DNA from: a virus
IMG/VR virus record: IMGVR_UViG_3300042562_002450
Location: 96,001-160,000 of that record
Direction: 5' to 3' (one strand)
DNA: 64,000 nt
Shown here: in pieces, positions 57,055 to 64,000 of the stretch
How the letters are laid out: each line of letters begins with the position of its first letter
How positions within the stretch are numbered: the stretch's first letter is position 1
Program-made: the position numbers and the translations under genes
Notes under the pieces: model-generated
The model's input: the letters and a program-made list of their open reading frames with translations, nothing else
Database searches by the model: none
Told to the model about the DNA's origin: nothing

Positions 57055-57636
57055 TTATAATCTTATGCTATTATCAAAATTACTAATTAAATTTATTTTA
57101 AAAAACTCAACTCGACCAAATTTATCAAGTCGATAAGGCTCAGAAGAGCCGATATCATACTTAACTCTAATAGCGAGTGGAGAGCTTACGGTACCATTAA
57201 TATCTATCTCTGGCTCTATAATTTTATCAAATTCATCAGGCATATCTTTCAAGTTACTTGTATGCTTAAAAAGAACATCATGTTCAAGGTATAAAACTAA
57301 AGCATCTGATCTGCTATCTCCATATTCTTTTACCTTACCAGGCTCATGGAAATTCGAGCCTTCAGAAAGATAGGCAGTAACCATGTAGTCATCAAAGAGA
57401 TACTTCATCCCTTTATTTGTTCCAAAAGTTGCCTCTCCACTTCTGTTCTCAAGAGTTGAACTTGCAGCTATTGGATATCCCTGACTATCTCTTCGTACTC
57501 TTCTGTAAATATAGTAAGATCCTCTTTCTTCAGTAAAGAGTAATCTTTTGATTTCTTTACGTATATCTGGTTCTCCAGATATTGTTTTGTTATTTCCGTA
57601 AGGATTCTTACTTGGTTTTTTTGAATAAAAATCCAT
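57055..57636 (-). CDS. Putative head closure/neck protein
   Basis: 193 aa; position in neck module; beta-rich. Confidence 0.45.
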   Translation of the reverse strand: MDFYSKKPSKNPYGNNKTISGEPDIRKEIKRLLFTEERGSYYIYRRVRRDSQGYPIAASSTLENRSGEATFGTNKGMKYLFDDYMVTAYLSEGSNFHEPGKVKEYGDSRSDALVLYLEHDVLFKHTSNLKDMPDEFDKIIEPEIDINGTVSSPLAIRVKYDIGSSEPYRLDKFGRVEFFKINLISNFDNSIRL

Positions 57637-57644
57637 ATTTAATC

Positions 57645-58349
57645 CTATTGTGGTTCTCTGTTTGTTACTTTATACCAATCAAAAGGTTCTTTGTTTGTCA
57701 TTTGATACCTATCAAGAGTTCGTATGAAACCAGTCATCTGAGGTAAGCTCCCAGATCTAAGAAACGTTCTTCCGAACATTGGACGATGCAATGACTGCCC
57801 CTTAGTTGCAAGCTGTGGAACTAGAGGGTTATTATTAATTAAGCTTTTGATACAATCGATCAATGGATCTTTGCATGAGATTACTGCTACTGAAAGCTTC
57901 ATGGATTCACATTCAAGCTTCTCAATTAAGCCATCTGCAGGACTTGATCCGTCTTTTTTTGCATCTTTTGATATTGAAAAATCACCAAGTTTCTTATAGA
58001 CCTTTTGACCTGTATCTCCAAGATATATCTCTGCATTATATATTGCATTAAGAGCAGCTCGATAAGTGACCCATAAAGATGCGAAGTATCTCCATTTTTC
58101 AAAATTCACAGTAGAGCAAATAGAAATTGCATTAGCCTCAACAGAATACGTATGTATTAAATATAAAAGAATTTCATCAGAAACGTCTTTAAGGTAAGAT
58201 CCTGCAATGGCTCTAATCTTGTTTGGTGTAGAATATAGAGGATCAAATGTTGTAGAGAAAGAATAAAAAAGATCAGGATAGAGGTCACCGTCTGTGCTCT
58301 CTATTCCACTAATATTAATTTCTACTATTTGGTTATTAGTCAATTCCAT
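57645..58349 (-). CDS. Putative head-tail adaptor
   Basis: 234 aa; LYSTPNKIR..VSDEILLYLIH helical adaptor pattern; KKLGDFSISK. Confidence 0.5.
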   Translation of the reverse strand: MELTNNQIVEINISGIESTDGDLYPDLFYSFSTTFDPLYSTPNKIRAIAGSYLKDVSDEILLYLIHTYSVEANAISICSTVNFEKWRYFASLWVTYRAALNAIYNAEIYLGDTGQKVYKKLGDFSISKDAKKDGSSPADGLIEKLECESMKLSVAVISCKDPLIDCIKSLINNNPLVPQLATKGQSLHRPMFGRTFLRSGSLPQMTGFIRTLDRYQMTNKEPFDWYKVTNREPQ

Positions 58350-58351
58350 AT

Positions 58352-61300
58352 TTAGTCCCTAATCTTTATAGTTACTATATTCCCTGAAACTGATTCTATA
58401 CTACCTAGTACTCTTGGAACATAGTTCGGAGAATACCTAGTAACTCCAACAGCATCACTTGCAGTTAGAAAATAATCATTTGTTTTTTCTTTAGCAGTAA
58501 AAGATGTAAGTCCAGATGTTGTCATTCCGCCGCCAGCATTAACAAACGAAACAGATAGAGGAGTTACTCGTGAAAGATTTAGTTCATGAACTCTTAGTTG
58601 ACAAGTTCCACCAGTAAGAAGTCCGACATCTGCAATACTTGCTGTACTTGAAGATGTATTAACAAGTCTTCCTGCAAATCCTGGTTTGTACCATTCTAGC
58701 TTAATTGAAGAGCCATTAACAATTGCTTTGCATCTATGCCCATTTGTAGATGTTACTAATGGAGCTCTGAACATTGTTTTATTTATTGTTTCTGCAAGGT
58801 TGAAAGCCGTACCTGCTATCGTTGTTGATAGTTGAAAATCTGTCCAAACAGTAGGAAGTAGTTTTGCTACGAATGTTGTAGTCACAGCTTCTGTTGTTAA
58901 GCTTGCTGGTATCGTAATTGTAAATGATTGACCCTCGGTCAAGGCAGCATTAATATTAATTGTTCTAGATGGAGCAGTTCCCCATATTCCAGCTCTTAAG
59001 TATGTTGGTGCTCCAAATTCACCTGAATTCAAATCATACGAAACATCATTAATAGTTCCAATTATATTGTCTCGTGTTTTTTCTGTTCTTAATTCTTGAG
59101 GGATAGCAATATCCTGATTTAACTTAAACTCACCATCTGCCACAACAGGAACAACTAATGTGGATGCTGTTAATGTTTTATTTCCAATGATTATTTCATC
59201 ATGATCAGCAATAGTAGCAGAACTTGTAATAGTAAAATCTGCATAAGATAATCTAAGAGGATAAAGCCTTGCACCTTTAATAAAAGTTGAACTATTAAGA
59301 CTAGTTGAGCTTGTTGCTTTTAAGTTATGTGTTCCACTTGAATAGAATATTCCTGTAGTACTTGCTGGTACTGTAGTCGCTGGATAGTAAACAGCTCCTT
59401 TATTTGGCCAGAAGAAATCAACTTGAGCAGGAAGATATTCATTCGCAGGATGGAGATCTGCTATATGTGGACAGATCCTATCGTAAGCATCAACAAAAAA
59501 TGGAAATACGAAATCGATATCATAGCCAAACTGATTAACAAGGGAGAGTGCAATATTGTCTGAGACTTTTTTTAACCCACTAAGAACACTAGATCCAAGG
59601 ATAGGATTAATCGTTGTTGCACCTGATTCACTAAAATTAACATCTTGTATCTTTACTCCCTTTGATGGAAGCGTTGCTTTTATGATTACATCCCCAGCAG
59701 TAGATGTGAGTGTCAAATCAGAAATTGGCTCGATAGCAAGAGTTCCTAATGATTTAATCTTAGCTAATGTCTGTTGAAAGTTAATATCTTTTCTGAAAGC
59801 AATATCTGCCAATCTGAAAGTAACTAAGCTATCCCCAGATGTTGTGTCTTTAAATGTTAATCCATTTGCTGTTAAGTTTAATTCTTTAGCTGCAGCTGTA
59901 TTGTCATAAACATTTTGTAGATTAGTTACACTATTCTGTTTAATATCTATTGAGTTTCCAGCTGTTGAAACCGATAAAGAGCTATCACTTGAAGAGATAG
60001 AAACAGATCCAGATAATCCTTGAAGTGTCTTAACATTATTATGAGGATTAGATGCTGCAATGTGAGCAGCAAAAGCAGAATGGGAAGTACCATCATCTGC
60101 AAGATGTGAAGTTGAGTTATTAAGTAGGTTGACTATATTTAACCCACCAATTACTGCCGAATTTGATATTAAGTCACCAAGACCAGTTATGCTGAAAGTT
60201 TCAACTCCAAATTGATTTCTTACTGAAATTCTTTTTGCTGAGTTATTACCTGATTCAGCTTGAGTTGTTATGATTTTATGAAAACCAGTAACTGCATCAT
60301 GCTGATTAGCAAAGAGGGAGGTTGTATTCCCAATTGTCGTAATGTCTGTTTTTAATTCATTAATTGCACCAATAATATTTTTCTTACTTGTTGAAAGATC
60401 AGTAACAGAAGCATCAGAGAAAGGAAATGAAACCCTTTTATCTTGAATGATCAGTTCACTAAGACCAGAACTCAAAAGAGGAGTCTCAACTTTATTTGAA
60501 CTCTTAATAGGATCTGAACTAATATATCCAGCAGTATCTGCAATCGTTGTATTGCTTCCTACCTTTAGGTCTCCAACTTTTGCTTTTCTTGTTGCATTCA
60601 AGTTACCAACAACTCTGAATGTATCGGATGTAGAGGTCGGACTTGCATCCTCAATGATTAGACCTCCCTGAGTTGTGTTTGTTACCAATTTTGGAGGAGA
60701 GGACTGACCGTATACAGCCTGAAGACTAGTGTTAAAAGAACTAGCTTTCAATTCGTTAATTGCTCCAACTAAACTCTGTGAAGTAGTAGAGAGAGCAGGA
60801 TTCCCAGGCTCTGAAATTGTTACAGGATTTGTTAAGAAAATATCTTTTAAATAAATATAGTTTTCTGATTTTAAAGTTAATTTTGAACCTGGAGAAATTG
60901 CTCCAACAAGAAGATCTCCAAGACTTGTAGTAACACTAATATTAGTAAGATCTAAAGTTGTAAAACCACTACCTTTCACTTTCATTGTTACTGGTTTGAA
61001 ACTTAAGTTCCCTGAATCATCTAATCTTATTTCTTCTCTTGTTCCAAAGATAAGAGGTTTGCTTGCTATTAATGATATTGTGCTTCCGTTAAGGTACATG
61101 TCCTGAAGAGAAGAGTTTCCAGATATAGCCTCTAGTATCGATATCCTTTCTGCAATCCCGCTATTTGCTTTTAATATATTAGCAGGAGAAAGGGTAGAAG
61201 TTTTGAGTAAGATAGTCTGGGTATCACGAATAGCATCAGCAAGCTCATTTGGATCTCTTGCATCAATGTCATCGCCAATGATAGAAATTCCATCATTTAT

Positions 61301-61360
61301 TTTATAAACCCACTCATCTGGTTGGGCCTGATCTATATTCTTAATTCTAAATTGGCTCAT
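58352..61360 (-). CDS. Neck/whisker or fibre-like protein
   Basis: 1002 aa; two LSTxxxxxxGAINELK repeats; two TxTxx..F..xxT.xNxxxxIN modules at C-terminus. Confidence 0.55.
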   Translation of the reverse strand: MSQFRIKNIDQAQPDEWVYKINDGISIIGDDIDARDPNELADAIRDTQTILLKTSTLSPANILKANSGIAERISILEAISGNSSLQDMYLNGSTISLIASKPLIFGTREEIRLDDSGNLSFKPVTMKVKGSGFTTLDLTNISVTTSLGDLLVGAISPGSKLTLKSENYIYLKDIFLTNPVTISEPGNPALSTTSQSLVGAINELKASSFNTSLQAVYGQSSPPKLVTNTTQGGLIIEDASPTSTSDTFRVVGNLNATRKAKVGDLKVGSNTTIADTAGYISSDPIKSSNKVETPLLSSGLSELIIQDKRVSFPFSDASVTDLSTSKKNIIGAINELKTDITTIGNTTSLFANQHDAVTGFHKIITTQAESGNNSAKRISVRNQFGVETFSITGLGDLISNSAVIGGLNIVNLLNNSTSHLADDGTSHSAFAAHIAASNPHNNVKTLQGLSGSVSISSSDSSLSVSTAGNSIDIKQNSVTNLQNVYDNTAAAKELNLTANGLTFKDTTSGDSLVTFRLADIAFRKDINFQQTLAKIKSLGTLAIEPISDLTLTSTAGDVIIKATLPSKGVKIQDVNFSESGATTINPILGSSVLSGLKKVSDNIALSLVNQFGYDIDFVFPFFVDAYDRICPHIADLHPANEYLPAQVDFFWPNKGAVYYPATTVPASTTGIFYSSGTHNLKATSSTSLNSSTFIKGARLYPLRLSYADFTITSSATIADHDEIIIGNKTLTASTLVVPVVADGEFKLNQDIAIPQELRTEKTRDNIIGTINDVSYDLNSGEFGAPTYLRAGIWGTAPSRTININAALTEGQSFTITIPASLTTEAVTTTFVAKLLPTVWTDFQLSTTIAGTAFNLAETINKTMFRAPLVTSTNGHRCKAIVNGSSIKLEWYKPGFAGRLVNTSSSTASIADVGLLTGGTCQLRVHELNLSRVTPLSVSFVNAGGGMTTSGLTSFTAKEKTNDYFLTASDAVGVTRYSPNYVPRVLGSIESVSGNIVTIKIRD

Positions 61361-61372
61361 GTTACTCTCTTC

Positions 61373-62734
61373 TTAGTTTCCAATAGTTGTATAAGTTCCT
61401 TTGATCTCTACATGACCTATAGTCAGTGAGTCACATTGAACAAAAAATCCATATTGGGTAATATCTGTAATTGATACATTGTTATAGTTTGAACTCTTAA
61501 GTGGGTCAATAGAAAGAGTCACAGAAGATGGAGTAGTTATCATTTTAGATTTAAAGTTAACTCCATATCCCTGGAACTTTCCACCTGCATTATCTGAATG
61601 AAATTTCATTCCAAAATAGCCTACTTCTTGTACGTTTCTTTTTAATATTGAGTTACCTGTAATTATTTGATTCTGATCTGCTTTTAAAATAATATTAGTT
61701 GAAGTGTCTAATGTTCCAAAGTCACCATCTTTAGTAACTATTAACTCTGAAGTTCCTTCATTATTATCTGAATCTAGTCTTAACGTATAAGTTCCACTTT
61801 GAACATCAATCTTGTTATGTTCGAAAACTGACTGAACACTAGTTCCAAGAACTAGAGAGTTAGTCAATTCACAAGAAGAAGAAGCAATACTCGACAATAC
61901 TGATAATAGTCCAGTCTCATCAAGAGTGAGCACTGGAGAACTTACTCCATTTAATATCTGGAACTTTGAATTAGCAGAGAGACCATCAATAGCATCTTCT
62001 GAGTCTAATGTGAAAATAATATCATTAATTGATTTAAGATAAATCCCATTACTTAGGAATGATAGATTTGTATATTCAAATGAATCCTTAGCACCGATCT
62101 TTGAAGTATTAGGCATTACTATATTTTGACCAACTTCTAATTGACCAGAGATAAGCAAGTCTCTACCTATCGTTGTATCTCCGCTAATTACTACTGTATT
62201 ACTTACAGAAGAACCAAGCTGAACATTTGCTAATGCTGCAAAAGCTCCTTGAACAGAAAGTGTACCTGTAACAACTGCAGATCCACTTTGTAGTATGTAT
62301 CTATTATCTAGTGTATTTCCTTCTACGTAGCCACCTGACATTATGTTGTCAATATCGTTCTGAAGTTCTTCGAATGCTTGCTGACCTCTAGTTGAATTTA
62401 GATTACCTATTGCTGTTACTTGAATAACATTTGAATGATGTTGAAAAGGATCAGTTGGCATGACAAAAGATAAATGCCCCTCAAAAGCTGTTTGCCTATC
62501 CTTTAATGCACCATCGAGAATTTCTAATGAAGTTTTGATACTAGAGGCAGCAGGAATATAATGATTAGAGGCAAGACTCATACTGAGTCCAGCTCCCGCA
62601 ATTACGATTTCAATATTTCTAGTTGCATCTTGCAGATCATTTACATGCTCTGCTTTTACATAATCAACACCATTTACTTTTGTATAACTTGGGTTGACAA
62701 AAGAATCAATTGAATTTGGGAAATTACTAGCCAT
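61373..62734 (-). CDS. Fibre-like virion protein
   Basis: 453 aa; FPNSIDSF..DYVKAEHVNDLQDA N-terminal anchor motif; beta-strand shaft; GVNFKSKMITTPS C-terminal domain. Confidence 0.55.
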   Translation of the reverse strand: MASNFPNSIDSFVNPSYTKVNGVDYVKAEHVNDLQDATRNIEIVIAGAGLSMSLASNHYIPAASSIKTSLEILDGALKDRQTAFEGHLSFVMPTDPFQHHSNVIQVTAIGNLNSTRGQQAFEELQNDIDNIMSGGYVEGNTLDNRYILQSGSAVVTGTLSVQGAFAALANVQLGSSVSNTVVISGDTTIGRDLLISGQLEVGQNIVMPNTSKIGAKDSFEYTNLSFLSNGIYLKSINDIIFTLDSEDAIDGLSANSKFQILNGVSSPVLTLDETGLLSVLSSIASSSCELTNSLVLGTSVQSVFEHNKIDVQSGTYTLRLDSDNNEGTSELIVTKDGDFGTLDTSTNIILKADQNQIITGNSILKRNVQEVGYFGMKFHSDNAGGKFQGYGVNFKSKMITTPSSVTLSIDPLKSSNYNNVSITDITQYGFFVQCDSLTIGHVEIKGTYTTIGN

Positions 62735-62744
62735 ATATCTATCC

Positions 62745-63737
62745 TTATTGGAAATTAATTATTAACTTATTATCTTGTATTTCATATGTAAAGTCTAAAG
62801 GTCCATAATACGAACTAACAGTAGACTCTGTAATTGTCTTAATCTTTTCAGATGTAATTGAAGCAGGGTTAATAGACTTATTAAATGTAAAAGTCACAAC
62901 CTTATTCTCTGAATTATTCATTACAGAATTTAATGCAGGAGAAATAGAAACTAACTTAAATGCTGATGTTGGATCAGTAGGAGTATTATTTTCCTGTATT
63001 GGGAGTCCAACTACAACACCTGAGTTTTGATCCGAAGGAAGAACATAAAGACTATCACCTGTCTTGAAGTCCCAAGAGTAAATCTCATTCGTCTTAACTA
63101 AAGGCTTAACTTTTATTGTGAAGATATCTCCAGCGACATAAGTGCCTATATCAAATTTAAAGAATAGACCTTCTTCAATTTCTATAAATCTTTTCTTTGC
63201 TGTCAGGTCTATTGAACTATAGTTATCAGATGATCTTGTTATTCTATATTTAGCAGTAGATTCAGACCCACCGATTATTACTTCTAATGTATACGTATTG
63301 TCAATAAGTCCATTGTATGGACCCTTAACTAGAGGGCTAATTGATCCTGTATTCAGATTTGAAGCTTGAATATCAAAGACAGATTGCTTCCCGATTTCTT
63401 TACTTAAAATTACTGAATATTCAGAGTTAGCAGAAAGAGGAGATGATGATGTGATCTCTATTAAAGATCTATACAACTCTCCAGCTTGAGCACTGTCCCC
63501 GTAATCACTTCCCGTAAAAAGACTATTAGATAGCAGTTGAACTCTTTTAAGGTTTACTTTTATTGGAGTTGGTAGTGTTTGATTTAAATTAAGATTAGTA
63601 ATCTTTTTAATTAGAAAACAATTAACAGGAGTTACGCTTCCCTCATCTAGAGAAAAAGGATAGAGTGCTGTAATCACAGGCATTAATGCAATTCCATCAG
63701 CATTATGAGCTGGACTAACTATAGGTAGTACTGCCAT
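62745..63737 (-). CDS. Ig-like (SbsA/Big_5-like) domain virion protein
   Basis: 330 aa; IVSPAHNADGIAL and LVSISPALNSV..VTFTFNKSINPASIT. Confidence 0.6.
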   Translation of the reverse strand: MAVLPIVSPAHNADGIALMPVITALYPFSLDEGSVTPVNCFLIKKITNLNLNQTLPTPIKVNLKRVQLLSNSLFTGSDYGDSAQAGELYRSLIEITSSSPLSANSEYSVILSKEIGKQSVFDIQASNLNTGSISPLVKGPYNGLIDNTYTLEVIIGGSESTAKYRITRSSDNYSSIDLTAKKRFIEIEEGLFFKFDIGTYVAGDIFTIKVKPLVKTNEIYSWDFKTGDSLYVLPSDQNSGVVVGLPIQENNTPTDPTSAFKLVSISPALNSVMNNSENKVVTFTFNKSINPASITSEKIKTITESTVSSYYGPLDFTYEIQDNKLIINFQ

Positions 63738-63738
63738 G

Positions 63739-63993
63739 TTATTCCTGTACTTTTACATTCTTAGTAGGCTTCTTTTTAGTAGAAGGCTTATTTTCTTTTA
63801 TGTCTTTTGATTCTGATTTTATCAGTTCTTCGACTTGAACACTAATAGTAATTTTTTTAGCTTTAACAGAAGCCTTAATCTGATCTAGTTCCCATTTCTC
63901 TAGTTTTGACTCATCGAGTTCAATAGCAGGATTGTTTTCACTTAAACTATGAGTTAGGGTAAGTGTTCTTGGATTCATTAAACCCCAAAACAT
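63739..63993 (-). CDS. Small hypothetical protein
   Basis: 84 aa, Lys-rich tail, 1 nt spacing to next gene. Confidence 0.45.
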   Translation of the reverse strand: MFWGLMNPRTLTLTHSLSENNPAIELDESKLEKWELDQIKASVKAKKITISVQVEELIKSESKDIKENKPSTKKKPTKNVKVQE

Positions 63994-64000
63994 TTGATTA

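Noticed and set aside
1-64000. Alternative genetic code (TAG read as Gln)
   Set aside because: Genes up to 2059 aa are intact in the standard code, and TAG-ending genes such as 12035..14119 and 27809..29119 are followed by out-of-frame neighbours.
1-64000. tRNA, rRNA, CRISPR array, intron or intein
   Set aside because: Intergenic gaps are short and show no cloverleaf, spaced direct repeats or splicing motifs that I could see.

Overview
AT-rich, gene-dense segment of a large contractile-tailed phage (jumbo myovirus type). Almost all genes are on the minus strand and form one virion morphogenesis block. In transcription order (right to left): neck/whisker proteins, tail terminator, sheath, tube and two tube paralogs, two tail assembly chaperones, a 1827 aa tape-measure-like protein, a 1469 aa protein, a 2059 aa baseplate hub, spike/gp25/baseplate-J/wedge proteins, and about 25 kb of baseplate-periphery and fibre genes. 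Main result: the 1469 aa protein coupled to the tape measure carries the ordered motifs of a single-chain two-barrel (beta+beta' type) RNA polymerase (GDK..K, RxP, DYDGD), so it is probably a virion-delivered RNAP. Its neighbours also carry enzymes: a DEDDh-like exonuclease inside the tape measure, and a GH108 muramidase plus an SNase nuclease at the two ends of the hub. The tape measure and the RNAP appear to contain no cysteine. The left end holds a divergent pair of 2OG-Fe(II) oxygenases, one missed by the ORF track. All assignments come from reading motifs by eye; no database search was run.
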